Positions 28,102-38,160 are shown, counted from the first letter of the stretch. The stretch is DNA of 46,147 nt from a virus (IMGVR_UViG_3300001528_000192:128001-174147), one strand, 5' to 3'. Made by a program: numbers and translations. The notes: a model not told the origin generated them from the letters alone.

Positions 28102-28455
28102 TTAAAACGGAACATACGTCGAAAGAATTTCCTTTATTTTATTAGGAATATCTTTATCGCTTATCCCAAATGTAGGAAAACTCTTACAGCCATAAGAGAA
28201 GTCATCAACAACTACTGCAACTCCTTTTATGAAGTCTTCTGGTAAGTCATCTCCAACTATTTTTCTTATAACCTGATAAGGAGTTACATCTGGCTTTTTC
28301 TGTTTTAGTTTGAAAGCCAAATATCCTACAAGAGAAATTAATGCAAATTTAGCGTTTATGTCCGTGTTCAAATATCCCAACGAATAGTAGCGGTTGTATA
28401 ACCGTTGCATATCTTGGTATGGGGGAGTAGTTATAACATCCATGGCAATACCCAT
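28102..28455 (-). CDS. hypothetical protein
   Basis: ORF track. Confidence 0.75.
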   Translation of the reverse strand: MGIAMDVITTPPYQDMQRLYNRYYSLGYLNTDINAKFALISLVGYLAFKLKQKKPDVTPYQVIRKIVGDDLPEDFIKGVAVVVDDFSYGCKSFPTFGISDKDIPNKIKEILSTYVPF

Positions 28456-29495
28456 TAGATAAATCTATATCCTTTATTGTAATAATGAGCTACAAGTCTT
28501 AGAAGAGCTTTAAACTCTTCCCACCCCCTAGTAAAATCTGCTTTAGTAACTTCATACACCTTAGTATAATACTTAGGTATAGTAGAAACAACCAAACAAT
28601 TGGAACGAATTGTACAATTCTCCATTCCATAATGCTTTTTAGCTACTAGGGATAGTAACCAACTGTACAAGGATAACTCCCGATGATAGTGAAACCTTTT
28701 AAAATTGTTAGGAAACTCTGAAACTATTTTCCCAATAGTTTTAACGTCATTAACTACAATAGTATTAGTTTCTTTGTCAATAGTGTAGTTATCAAGTTTT
28801 GCCTTTAGCTTTAACACAAAAGGCTCACATCCTGGAACTATAACTTTGACATCAAGCAAAATTGCTTGTTCATTCTCAGAAATAGGATCTTCTACAAGTC
28901 CCTCTGGGTGTAACAGCTTCTGAATATTTTCATTCTTTTTCAAAGCCCTTACACATTGCAGAACTCTTTCCCTACCTTTAGCATCCAAATAAATTGGAGT
29001 GCTCTTTAGAGGAGAAGATTCATACTTCTTTCTATCCTCCCAATAGTCTAAGCACTTTGATAGCAGGGCGTCTTGTTTTTCCTTATCAAATTTGCCCTTG
29101 TAATAATCTACTTTATCAGAAGCTCTTATAAGAGCCTCAGAACTTAGTGAGGGATTCTCTTTATACTCTTCAAAGAGTTCATCTGCCATAAACCCTGCTT
29201 TAGCAGTAGGTCTATCTACACTTTCACACATATGAAATAACTCTGGTTGAAGAGTAAGTTCATGTACAGCACTTCCGAATATTAGGGCATCGCTATACTT
29301 ATTATGCTTTCCTAATCCCTCAAAGAAAGCTTTTGGATCATTGTCTTGATCTGGATTTATAAGAGACAATCTAGAATTGCTGATGTATCCATTATACTTC
29401 TCACTAAAGTATTCTGCATCATCTATTTTCTGCAATTTTAGAGTATCCAAAAGAGGTATAATCTGAATCTGATTTAAATCAGCCAAACTTATCAT
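28455..29495 (-). CDS. PD-(D/E)XK exonuclease (RecE/DUF3799-like)
   Basis: ISNSRL, FGSAVH, KAKLD, NDVKT and YHRELSLY motifs. Confidence 0.82.
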   Translation of the reverse strand: MISLADLNQIQIIPLLDTLKLQKIDDAEYFSEKYNGYISNSRLSLINPDQDNDPKAFFEGLGKHNKYSDALIFGSAVHELTLQPELFHMCESVDRPTAKAGFMADELFEEYKENPSLSSEALIRASDKVDYYKGKFDKEKQDALLSKCLDYWEDRKKYESSPLKSTPIYLDAKGRERVLQCVRALKKNENIQKLLHPEGLVEDPISENEQAILLDVKVIVPGCEPFVLKLKAKLDNYTIDKETNTIVVNDVKTIGKIVSEFPNNFKRFHYHRELSLYSWLLSLVAKKHYGMENCTIRSNCLVVSTIPKYYTKVYEVTKADFTRGWEEFKALLRLVAHYYNKGYRFI

Positions 29496-30012
29496 ATACT
29501 AAATCTTTAAAGTTAGGATATAGTGTATCTAAGAATAGATTATAGCAATCCTCTATTTCTTCCTTTCTAAGACTAAAGATCCTCCCAACTGGACCCCACT
29601 TCCTATTATGCTTAGCATCCATTAGCAAGCAGGGTATTCCATGTAAATTCAAGTCAATGAAGTTTGAAATACTATCATCGACAAAAACATCAACTCTACC
29701 TTTAATCCTAGGTGCTTTACTAGACATTTGACAGTATACCTGATATATAGGAGCTACGGGTAAATCATTCATTTCCAAGAACTTTTTAGACCAAGCCTTA
29801 GAATGCACCCTCTTGGTACAATATAGGGTTGGCATAAAGTCTGGACGGTTGATAACTGGAAGGTTTAACCAAAACTCCTTATCCTTTACAAGGATTCGGT
29901 TTACATTTCTAGTAATTTCACTATCCTTATGAGGAGTGCCAAAGCGCTTCAAATAAGGATTTATGAAATCACAGACTGTATCGTCAATGTCTAGTCCTAT
30001 TCGTAATCTCAT
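29479..30012 (-). CDS. HAD-family 5'-nucleotidase-like protein
   Basis: GLDIDDTV and VFVDDS motifs. Confidence 0.8.
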   Translation of the reverse strand: MRLRIGLDIDDTVCDFINPYLKRFGTPHKDSEITRNVNRILVKDKEFWLNLPVINRPDFMPTLYCTKRVHSKAWSKKFLEMNDLPVAPIYQVYCQMSSKAPRIKGRVDVFVDDSISNFIDLNLHGIPCLLMDAKHNRKWGPVGRIFSLRKEEIEDCYNLFLDTLYPNFKDLVYDKFG

Positions 30013-30218
30013 AATTCTTCTACGTCAGTTATTGCTCCAATAAGAATATCCTGACTATCCAAGTCTTTAATGAAATCACGATAAGAATCGCATTCAGAAT
30101 AGTCTGCGAACCTCTCCATGATTTTGTCTTGACAATCAGCATTGGAGTTCGCAACTATCCTAAGGTTATACACCTTTGAATCTGGGATATTACATACTGG
30201 AATTATATATTTATTCAT
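30009..30218 (-). CDS. hypothetical protein
   Basis: ORF track. Confidence 0.7.
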   Translation of the reverse strand: MNKYIIPVCNIPDSKVYNLRIVANSNADCQDKIMERFADYSECDSYRDFIKDLDSQDILIGAITDVEEL

Positions 30219-30247
30219 TACTTGTCACGGTCTTTAGACCATGAACG

Positions 30248-30817
30248 TTATTTGTTTCCATATTCATGGTAAGTTTTTAACAACTTATAAAAAAAGTCTA
30301 CATCGAGAACAGCTACTGTTCCTTTACTATTCTCTCCTGCTTGAGCCGACTTCTTCCAAATAAGAACAAAGTCTCGCGGGTCTGAACATTCCTCCTTTAT
30401 GTTAAAGTAGTTGGGAAAGTTAGTATAATGTTTGCACTGAATAGCTACTTCTAATTCATAATTAGTATCAGCTATATCAACTTTAGCTGCATCTAATCGC
30501 TTAGACTCACCAGCTGCACGACATACTCCACTATATCCAATTTCCTTTAATTTACCTACAACCTCTGCCTCTAAGCCTGCTCCCTTGTTTTTGGATTTCT
30601 TAGCTCTGAAATGTCTAGCTGTAGTATCATTTAACCACTCAAAGGTCGTCTTGTCCTTTCCCCCAGTTCCAGGTTTGTTACACCTAATTTTGATAGCTGC
30701 AACAGATATTCCTGTTTCCTCACTAGCCTCTTCTATAGATGTAAAGTCTTTAGAGGTTCCATCTTTGAAAGTTGCTCTCACAGATGTGTCTAATTCTGTC
30801 TATGTTCTTTTAGCCAT
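30248..30817 (-). CDS. NUMOD1/HTH + Holliday-junction-resolvase-like PD-(D/E)XK nuclease; in-frame TAG at codon 6
   Basis: ATG GCT AAA AGA ACA TAG ACA GAA TTA GAC ACA TCT GTG is in frame with the track ORF; KNKGAGLEAEV, VDI and IQCK are Hjc-like motifs. Confidence 0.72.
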
Positions 30818-31800
30818 AATATAAATGTTTTTATTAAATTGAGTGTTTCTTTTCTTCCATGATCTTTATAAAAATCTGATATATCCTTACTCCCATACCT
30901 CCTTGGGATAAATATGTAAGTTAGTTCTGGATGTTCTCTTCGAATTTTAGCCATGTTGTATAAGCCAGGTCTATCATTATCATAGAAAACTACAATATTT
31001 TCGAAGCGACTTTTCAAGTCTTCCAGAACCTTATCAGATATAAATAGATTTTCACTATTTGGAGCACATGCGGTTATCCCACAAGAATAAAGGCACATAC
31101 TATCCTTCATTGACTTAGTAATCACTAGCAACTTTCCCTTTTTTGGGAGCTGATCATACCCCTGAATCTTCTTACTAGGCCAATTAGTTATGAACCTAAA
31201 CGAAGTTCTCTTCGGGAAATAACATCTCCATAATTCTAGACCTTGGTACTTTTTACCATAGTATCCAAATATAGGACAGTGTTGCTGCGACTCAGCGAAT
31301 AATTGATCATTTAGGAAAACATGCTTGCATGAATATACATCAAAACGCCTTAAGATGTCTCTGGTTATTCCATACCTTCCCCACCATTTAAGTTCGTTAT
31401 CTGTAAATTCCTGTATCTCAATCTGAATCTTTGATATTTCTTTATCTTTAATCTTAATAGGGTTTAAATTAATTTTACCTGGATTCTTATGTAGAGCATT
31501 GTCTCGAACAATTCCGAAGTCATTAGCAATAATTCTAAGGGCTTCAAAGTAATCACATCTAAAGATAGACTGAACCACATCAAATACGTTTAGATGCTGT
31601 CCAGTTGCAAAATCCTTAAATATTAGTGTTCCAGACTTATTCCTATAGAAACTACAAGTCGGTTGCTTATCTCTCCTTAAAGGAGAACGAAACAGTCCCT
31701 TCTTTACAGGCATGTGCAAGTAGTATTCCATAAGTTGCTCCTCAGAGAACCTAGATAAAATTAACTCTTTAGTAATTTTTGGTTGAAACGAGAAGTCCAT
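30790..31800 (-). CDS. DNA primase (crAss-like DnaG type)
   Basis: FRSPLR..PTCSF..FKDF zinc-finger-like region; TOPRIM ITKSMKD and YDND; ends in TAG with a backup TGA 4 codons later. Confidence 0.85.
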   Translation of the reverse strand: MDFSFQPKITKELILSRFSEEQLMEYYLHMPVKKGLFRSPLRRDKQPTCSFYRNKSGTLIFKDFATGQHLNVFDVVQSIFRCDYFEALRIIANDFGIVRDNALHKNPGKINLNPIKIKDKEISKIQIEIQEFTDNELKWWGRYGITRDILRRFDVYSCKHVFLNDQLFAESQQHCPIFGYYGKKYQGLELWRCYFPKRTSFRFITNWPSKKIQGYDQLPKKGKLLVITKSMKDSMCLYSCGITACAPNSENLFISDKVLEDLKSRFENIVVFYDNDRPGLYNMAKIRREHPELTYIFIPRRYGSKDISDFYKDHGRKETLNLIKTFILWLKEHRQN

Positions 31801-31819
31801 AATAATTGTGTTTAGAACA

Positions 31820-31850
31820 CAATAATACTAAATTTCTAGTAAAAACCAAA
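31820..31850 (-). promoter_or_regulatory. Bacteroidota-type promoter for primase
   Basis: TTTG-N19-TATTATTG (1 mismatch). Confidence 0.6.
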
Positions 31851-31883
31851 ATAGAGATACCTACTATCACAGTAGATACCTCT
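31841..31883 (-). terminator. terminator-like hairpin
   Basis: AGAGGTATCTACT-GTGAT-AGTAGGTATCTCT followed by ATTTTGGTTTTT. Confidence 0.65.
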
Positions 31884-31892
31884 CAACTCTTA

Positions 31893-32600
31893 TTAAAGCA
31901 ATGATTCGAAGTCTATATCCTCAGAACCTGCTGATTTACCATCAACCTCCTGAGCAATAGCAGAGTTGCTACTATTGTCCATGTTAGTTGGCTTAGCGTT
32001 CAGATATTCTGCCTTCCTAGACTCCTCATATGCAGAGAAGAAAAGTTTATCACCCAAGAAGTTATCGCAGGTGAACTTCTCTCCATTCTTATTTATTGCG
32101 ACAAACTTAGGAAGACTTGCCACAACGTTTCCATTTTGGGTTCTTCCTACAAGTTTGAGATTAGTTTCTTTACCTTTGGCAACGTCAGTAATCTTGATGA
32201 ATGCAGTTACTACATCATCAAAAGATTTAAACCTTGCACTAGCTGCCTGCATCTTCTTAAATCCTTCAGGATTGAGAACCTCTGCTACCTGTGCAATGAA
32301 AGTCATAGTTCTATCGAAAGAGGAAGCTCCTTGATATTCATGACCTTCTTTGCTAGTATAAGTAGGACGCTTCTCATCTCCATCCTTAGGATAGAAGATT
32401 GACTCCTCATAATAACCATCAACACCATCGAAACGAACCTTAAGGATTTCATAAACTGCATTAGGGTCTTTCTTACCCTTAATAGTTTCCTTGCGAGCTC
32501 CTGAGAACTTTACAGGATAAATTCCCCAAGGTTTAAGACGCTGCTGTACATTAGAAGTTGCTTGTGTTGTTGCGAGACTACCAAAATTAAATTCTGACAT
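31893..32600 (-). CDS. putative single-stranded DNA-binding protein
   Basis: LKPWGIY..V.F OB-like start, acidic tail EDIDFESLL, position between AAA ATPase and primase. Confidence 0.6.
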   Translation of the reverse strand: MSEFNFGSLATTQATSNVQQRLKPWGIYPVKFSGARKETIKGKKDPNAVYEILKVRFDGVDGYYEESIFYPKDGDEKRPTYTSKEGHEYQGASSFDRTMTFIAQVAEVLNPEGFKKMQAASARFKSFDDVVTAFIKITDVAKGKETNLKLVGRTQNGNVVASLPKFVAINKNGEKFTCDNFLGDKLFFSAYEESRKAEYLNAKPTNMDNSSNSAIAQEVDGKSAGSEDIDFESLL

Positions 32601-32612
32601 AATATTTACAAA

Positions 32613-33212
32613 TTAAAGTTTAAAGAAGTTTGCATCTATAGAACTTACATTTGCATCTTTGTCATCTACTAATCCTTCTAAATCAAGATCTATTCCTTCT
32701 GGAGTGTCAAGATTAACATTGTCATCTCCAACTAATTGATCTACCGCTACTTCCTCAGAAGTAAGTACAAATAATCCAGCTTTAGACGGGTGAGCTGCTA
32801 AAACAAATTCCTTTCCATATTTAGAAAGTTCTTCGTTCTTGCTGCCTCTGCAAGCTATGGTATTGGATTTAGTGAGCTTATTGCCACCCTTTGTTCCAAA
32901 TGCTTCGTCAGTTCCAATAATAGGAACAGATCCATTCTTGCCTTCGTCATACTTGATGTCCAACTTATCTCCAGGGCTAATCCCCATAAGGGATACAGCC
33001 TTTGAGTTAAGTTTGCACTTATTATCTTCCAAGTAAAGTTTTGGTTCTTTGTCATCATCTTGTACTGCCTCGCTTGCAGTTGCTTTCATTGCTTTAACTG
33101 GCTTATTGACACTCCTGTCAATAAGCTTGGTTTCTAACACTTCGCCGGTTTCTGTGTCTACCGACATTTCGTAGGTTAGACTTAGGATAAAAGTTTCTTT
33201 TATAGTAGACAT
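32613..33212 (-). CDS. hypothetical protein, possible AbrB-like fold, acidic tail
   Basis: LNSKAVSLMGISPGDKLDIKY resembles the AbrB pattern. Confidence 0.6.
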   Translation of the reverse strand: MSTIKETFILSLTYEMSVDTETGEVLETKLIDRSVNKPVKAMKATASEAVQDDDKEPKLYLEDNKCKLNSKAVSLMGISPGDKLDIKYDEGKNGSVPIIGTDEAFGTKGGNKLTKSNTIACRGSKNEELSKYGKEFVLAAHPSKAGLFVLTSEEVAVDQLVGDDNVNLDTPEGIDLDLEGLVDDKDANVSSIDANFFKL

Positions 33213-33904
33213 TAGTCTTCCTCGTTATATTCCTTAATACGCTTTACTACATAGTCAAGATCATTATCGATATAAATATCATTAAACAATCCCATTGGAG
33301 ACTTAGCAGTACAGGTACCATCAGAATTAGTGATAAACTTATAAGAAGGCTTGTTGTCTTCATCACGCTGTATAGTAGTGAAGAATACATAGGTAAACAA
33401 ACCCTCCAGAGTAATCACAGAATCCAACATCTTGCCGAGAGTCTTCATCTTGTAATAAGGAGATACTCTATCACCCATATTTTCACTATGAGTAGAAACT
33501 ACAACATTCAAGTCATCACGCATATTCATAGCGGATTTTAATACCTGATAAGCATGCTGTGCCATATCAGTAAACTTGTCATAGCTCTTTTCCTTAGCTC
33601 TATCCATTGCCTCAAAGCCCATCACATACTGGAAATCATCAATGACCACAGTCGTAATATGAGGCATCTTCTTGTCGATAATCTGCAAGACCTTACCGAT
33701 TTGATCAACATTTGCAGAGGCAAAGAAATTGCCAGAAACTTTTCCATCCTGAACAGTGAAAGAAGGATATTTCTTGTTAGCTCCCTTAATTCCAGGACGC
33801 TTACCAGTTGTTGATATGATAAATGTCTTTACTGGGTCAAGATTTCTAACACTTGAAGTTTTACCACTTCCACTTTCACCGACGATTGCTATTAATTCAG
33901 CCAT
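33212..33904 (-). CDS. AAA_24 / Sak4-like ATPase
   Basis: GESGSGKT, VVIDDFQY and TAKSPMG motifs. Confidence 0.85.
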   Translation of the reverse strand: MAELIAIVGESGSGKTSSVRNLDPVKTFIISTTGKRPGIKGANKKYPSFTVQDGKVSGNFFASANVDQIGKVLQIIDKKMPHITTVVIDDFQYVMGFEAMDRAKEKSYDKFTDMAQHAYQVLKSAMNMRDDLNVVVSTHSENMGDRVSPYYKMKTLGKMLDSVITLEGLFTYVFFTTIQRDEDNKPSYKFITNSDGTCTAKSPMGLFNDIYIDNDLDYVVKRIKEYNEED

Positions 33905-35007
33905 TATAATGTAAATTTAGATTTTTGAATAGTTTTATTATCATCTTCTATCTTTACGTTATCTTGCTGCTCTTCCAAAGCCCATTCTGGACTTTTATAT
34001 TTTTCATAATCAAATATTTCATCAGGTTTAGGCAACTCTATATAGTGAGAACTATCACCATAATAGCCTAGAGGAACCATTATATCAGAAGTACCAAATC
34101 TACTCTTTAAAAGGAATAACCCAATAAAGCATTGTTCTAGTACTTTAATATCATACTTCCTATAAGAAGAAAGCTTATACTTATGAGGACTAAACAGTGC
34201 AAGAACTACTTGACTATCCTCATAAAGAGCTCCACTATCCTTGAAATCATTAGATGAAGGGTCTTGTAAACCTTGTTTCATTCTTTCTTGGTTGTTGGAA
34301 TCTCTATTGAATTGAGCAATGTGAATAGGACTCATGATCTTAGTTTTATTCCTAAGCATTACAGAGTCTCTAGAGATTGCATCAATTTCTTCCTTCTTAG
34401 ACCTACCAGAAGTTGCCTTAACGAGAGTAAAGTGATCTACAAGGACTCCAAGTATTTGCTGAGGATTATTTGGGATGTAGCCATCCTCGGTAAACTTTCC
34501 ATACTTTCTGAGTTCCTTCTCAACTTCTCTGAGATATACTGCTTCAGTTAGACTTCCTTCATAGAAGGTCAGTCTCTCATCAAGTATATCCATAAATTCA
34601 GAAGCCTTCTCTAGAAGTTCATACCTATCATCAGATAGAATGCAATCTTTTCCTCTAGAGAACATCTCCTTATATCTAAGCTCTACTCCAAACTTATCCA
34701 TGATATACATGGATACTAGCTTTGCATACACTTGACTTCTGGTCATTTCCAGACTAAATAGAAGCCATCTTGGATCTCTCTCAGGACATTCCCCATCAAG
34801 GAAATGAATAAGAGGTTGATACACAAATGTCCATAAGGCATAAGTTGATTTACCTACACCTGATGCGGCACCTATTAAATAACTAGTTCCTGGTAAATAT
34901 CCATCTATAAAGCTTTCCAATCTCTTAGAACCTACAGATAAACCAATATTCTTACCCTCTCGTCCTTCTCGGACTAAATTAAAGAACTCTTCTCTACCAG
35001 TTATCAT
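33904..35007 (-). CDS. DnaB-like replicative helicase
   Basis: AASGVGKS, FSLEM, VDH, IAQFNR, FKDSG and LKSR motifs. Confidence 0.9.
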   Translation of the reverse strand: MITGREEFFNLVREGREGKNIGLSVGSKRLESFIDGYLPGTSYLIGAASGVGKSTYALWTFVYQPLIHFLDGECPERDPRWLLFSLEMTRSQVYAKLVSMYIMDKFGVELRYKEMFSRGKDCILSDDRYELLEKASEFMDILDERLTFYEGSLTEAVYLREVEKELRKYGKFTEDGYIPNNPQQILGVLVDHFTLVKATSGRSKKEEIDAISRDSVMLRNKTKIMSPIHIAQFNRDSNNQERMKQGLQDPSSNDFKDSGALYEDSQVVLALFSPHKYKLSSYRKYDIKVLEQCFIGLFLLKSRFGTSDIMVPLGYYGDSSHYIELPKPDEIFDYEKYKSPEWALEEQQDNVKIEDDNKTIQKSKFTL

Positions 35008-35621
35008 ACTAGTTTAATTGCATCGAAGTTAACATTAGCTCCATCTCCCTTCTTAAGTGCTTCTAAATCTATCCATCCCTGATTAATAATGAAACTAGCT
35101 AAACTGCAATTGATAATGTTATTATCTTTCGCCCATCTGACTAGTTCAATAATTTGATTATGTCTTTCTTCATTCCACCTAATATTTTTACCATACCTAA
35201 AATATGCTTCTTCTAATGAATCAAATTTCTTAGCTACAGTTCTTAACGGAACTGTGGAAGTTCCTATAATGCCAAATTGAGGATACGCTTCAAATAATTC
35301 CTTTCCCATTTCAAAAGAGCATCTATAAAGATTCTTTATAAAGTTCCTGTTAAAAGGTATAGAATATGGATCAAAGGCTTCCCCCTCCTTTGGACAACGA
35401 AAACTCTTTAGGATAACTCCTTTATCTTGTAAAGATAGAATAACCTCCCTAGTTTTTACTCCGCAATTATAAAGTGCTTCTATATAAGATTTGAATATGT
35501 CCTCATTCTCTTCATCCTGAAGCAGTAATAGAGTCCTGATAAACATCAGCTCATTTGGAGTTATTCTATACTTATCAAGTATAGAGATTTCCTCTTCCAG
35601 TGTTAAAGTTAAATTTTTCAA
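35004..35621 (-). CDS. hypothetical protein, possible replication initiator/helicase loader
   Basis: wHTH-like N-half, ELFEAYP and FIINQGW C-half; directly upstream of the helicase; TTG start. Confidence 0.55.
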   Translation of the reverse strand: MKNLTLTLEEEISILDKYRITPNELMFIRTLLLLQDEENEDIFKSYIEALYNCGVKTREVILSLQDKGVILKSFRCPKEGEAFDPYSIPFNRNFIKNLYRCSFEMGKELFEAYPQFGIIGTSTVPLRTVAKKFDSLEEAYFRYGKNIRWNEERHNQIIELVRWAKDNNIINCSLASFIINQGWIDLEALKKGDGANVNFDAIKLV

Positions 35622-35690
35622 GCAGTTTATAAGTTAATATTGAAAAATACTAATCTTACAACTGCATATAAGTTAGACCTCTTTCGAGGT
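35622..35690 (-). promoter_or_regulatory. structured leader (two hairpins) abutting the TTG start
   Basis: ACCTC-GAAA-GAGGT and a long stem GCAGTTGTAAGATTAGTATT-TTTC-AATATTAACTTATAAACTGC. Confidence 0.55.
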
Positions 35691-35694
35691 GGAA

Positions 35695-35925
35695 TCAAAT
35701 TGCATACGGCTCTATAAACTCCTCAACTAAGATTTCTGCTCTTTCTTGCATTTTGTCTATGTTATAGTAAGTTCCGTCAGTTCCTTTAATCATTCTAGTT
35801 TCTCCGTCGTATTCAATGTCTCGTTTATTAATTGTACTTAAGAGTGAACTTAGAATGAGAAGTTCATTCATTTTCTCATTTATCATGTTAATATCTAAAT
35901 GTAAAGTCCTTGATATGTTTAACAT
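35695..35925 (-). CDS. hypothetical protein
   Basis: ORF track; true start may be MINEK. Confidence 0.6.
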   Translation of the reverse strand: MLNISRTLHLDINMINEKMNELLILSSLLSTINKRDIEYDGETRMIKGTDGTYYNIDKMQERAEILVEEFIEPYAI

Positions 35926-37054
35926 AAGGTTTAGGTTCTCTTCCAGCTAAAACATCATCTAATCCTTCTTCGTCAATTGTAATGACGTTTGTAGAATTAT
36001 TGGATTTCTTAAACCATTCTGTTTCGACAGTTTGATCTAAGACCAGAGTAAATATTTCAGCTTTCTTGTCACCTTCCTTCCTAGCTACACGTCCTATTCT
36101 CTGCGTTTTGCGAATCTTAGAGGAATCTAACCCAAGTATGATAGCAACTGATAATCCTGGTACGTCTAAGCCTTCATCAGCCTTTTTAATAGTATGTAAT
36201 ATTCCAGTCTTTTCAGCACTAAATTCCTCGATAGTCATTCTTCCTTTCTTCTTGCTATCCTTTCCAGAGAAAACCTTTCCTCCCATGCCTATGGATTCAG
36301 CCATTTTGACATTGTTAGAGAAGGTAATTATCTTAGAATCAGGTCTAGCTTGAATAATCCTTCTAGCTATCTCAATTTTCTTTGGGTGATTGTTGATAAA
36401 AGCCTTTCTGGATTGTATAATTCGCATAAATTGTGTTGCATGGTATGTTATTTGCTTAAACACTTGTTTTCTTTGCTCTTCAGTTCCATTAGGGCACATT
36501 TCATCCCTTAGTTGAGAGCGATACATAAATCCTCTGGGACCTAGACAATTCATAACCTTGTCCCAATCGAAGTTAAAGAACTCAAAGTGTTCAGTAAATT
36601 CCCTATTCATTTCTTTGTAGGTAGCAATATCATCAACATCCAGTATTACTTGGTACTCCTTATAATCAGAGATCCATCCTTGGAATTTTGACTCTGCAAG
36701 GGTGATTTCATCAATAACAGGACAGTACTTCTTTAGTAACTCGTGTTTTCCATCAAGTCTTTCGAAGGTTGCTGTCAAACCAAGAATATACTTATAATTT
36801 ACAGTTTCAAAGACATGCTTCAACGTATCTGCCGCAACTCTATGGATTTCATCAATCACCATAATGTCACACTTGTACAATCCCTTAATAGCGGTATTAA
36901 CAACTAATACTTCACAACTAAGAGACAAGCCATTCAAGTCAAGTAGCCCCAGCCACTGTTCTTTTAGAGCGGTAGTAGGGACTATAACTATGACTTTCAT
37001 GCTTGGATATTTTTTCAGGACTGTCTTGATACAGTTAAGCCCGACTCTGGTTTT
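35888..37054 (-). CDS. superfamily 2 (XPB/UvsW-like) helicase, exon 2
   Basis: Starts KTRVGL; VPTTAL, DEIH, LTAT, EGLDVP and QRIGR motifs. Confidence 0.9.
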   Translation of the reverse strand, partial: KTRVGLNCIKTVLKKYPSMKVIVIVPTTALKEQWLGLLDLNGLSLSCEVLVVNTAIKGLYKCDIMVIDEIHRVAADTLKHVFETVNYKYILGLTATFERLDGKHELLKKYCPVIDEITLAESKFQGWISDYKEYQVILDVDDIATYKEMNREFTEHFEFFNFDWDKVMNCLGPRGFMYRSQLRDEMCPNGTEEQRKQVFKQITYHATQFMRIIQSRKAFINNHPKKIEIARRIIQARPDSKIITFSNNVKMAESIGMGGKVFSGKDSKKKGRMTIEEFSAEKTGILHTIKKADEGLDVPGLSVAIILGLDSSKIRKTQRIGRVARKEGDKKAEIFTLVLDQTVETEWFKKSNNSTNVITIDEEGLDDVLAGREPKPYVKHIKDFTFRY

Positions 37055-37179
37055 CGGTTTTGTTATCATACGGCTTTTTATCCGTATTTCTATACCCTTT
37101 CCTGTTCTGGTATAGCCCCGCGTACATTTTTACCATATTCACAGAACTTAGGCATTGGGCACTCTTGGAGAGATTATAT

Positions 37180-38139
37180 TTATTCACTCTCTACGCTGTA
37201 CGATGACTCTAAGCCTTTCGAAATCTCAGAGTTTATCTCGGTATTACCTTTACAAACTTCACCGATATTGCCCAATAATAATTCCGATGATTTCTCAATC
37301 GGAACGGCTGCGTCTATATAAACTGGTAGATATTCATCAGAATAATAGAATTTATATCCTGTACTTTTTATAATATATGGATTATTCTTGGTGGCATCTT
37401 TGTGTTTAGTTAAAGTACTTTTACTACTTCCACAATGCTTAGCACATTCTGGAAGAGTACGAAAGTAGAACAATTCTCCATCTGGAGACTCTCCTATTAT
37501 ATACTTCCCAAAAGTACTTTTAGCAACTAATACTGTTTTATTTATATGATTTACCAAATCATTCATATTAGTAAATCTACTCGTACTTAAACAGTATTTG
37601 CCTTTATATACCTTTGATTCCAAGAATTTTCCATTTTTATCTTCCAACAGTCTAAGAGCCGCCTTTGTGTAAGGGCACTCTGCAACGATTGTCTTATCAA
37701 GTACATTATAAACATATGTTGGCTTCCAATTATGTTGTTGCTTATATGTAGTTATTTCTCCAGAAGAGTAACGTTCTCTTAACGTGTTGCTAATTTTGTT
37801 TTTTGTTTCTTCGGAAACTTCATGTCCAAAATTAGCAACTACATTCAAAGTAAGATTATACTCAGGTTTCAGAGAGTTTATATAATATTGTTCTCTATCA
37901 AACCTTATCTCTTCTGGACAATATTCCAGCACACAAAACATAAAAGCATCCTCACCGTATTTATTCCAAGAAGCCTGAAAATGAGCATTATGTGATTTGT
38001 TATTATTTAGATTATGTATATGCTCATGTATTCTATTATATATATCTACAGATGATCCAATGTATCTTTTACCTGACACTATGTTAAAAAACATATAAAT
38101 TCCAGATTTAAACCTTAATTTACTATCAATTTTATTCAT
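37180..38139 (-). CDS. intron-encoded GIY-YIG homing endonuclease with NUMOD3-like motif
   Basis: SGIYMF...RYIGSS, HEVSEETKNKIS; start placed at ATG 38139 because the track TTG lies inside the promoter. Confidence 0.88.
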   Translation of the reverse strand: MNKIDSKLRFKSGIYMFFNIVSGKRYIGSSVDIYNRIHEHIHNLNNNKSHNAHFQASWNKYGEDAFMFCVLEYCPEEIRFDREQYYINSLKPEYNLTLNVVANFGHEVSEETKNKISNTLRERYSSGEITTYKQQHNWKPTYVYNVLDKTIVAECPYTKAALRLLEDKNGKFLESKVYKGKYCLSTSRFTNMNDLVNHINKTVLVAKSTFGKYIIGESPDGELFYFRTLPECAKHCGSSKSTLTKHKDATKNNPYIIKSTGYKFYYSDEYLPVYIDAAVPIEKSSELLLGNIGEVCKGNTEINSEISKGLESSYSVESE

Positions 38140-38160
38140 AATATTGAATTTTTCAATACC

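Noticed and set aside
14643-33058. Short alternative-frame minus-strand ORFs (14643, 17752, 19578, 23313, 32855)
   Set aside because: Fully nested in larger conserved genes, with no motifs or initiation context
22162-35007. Inteins in NrdD, DnaB or primase
   Set aside because: Protein lengths are normal and I saw no intein splice-junction motifs
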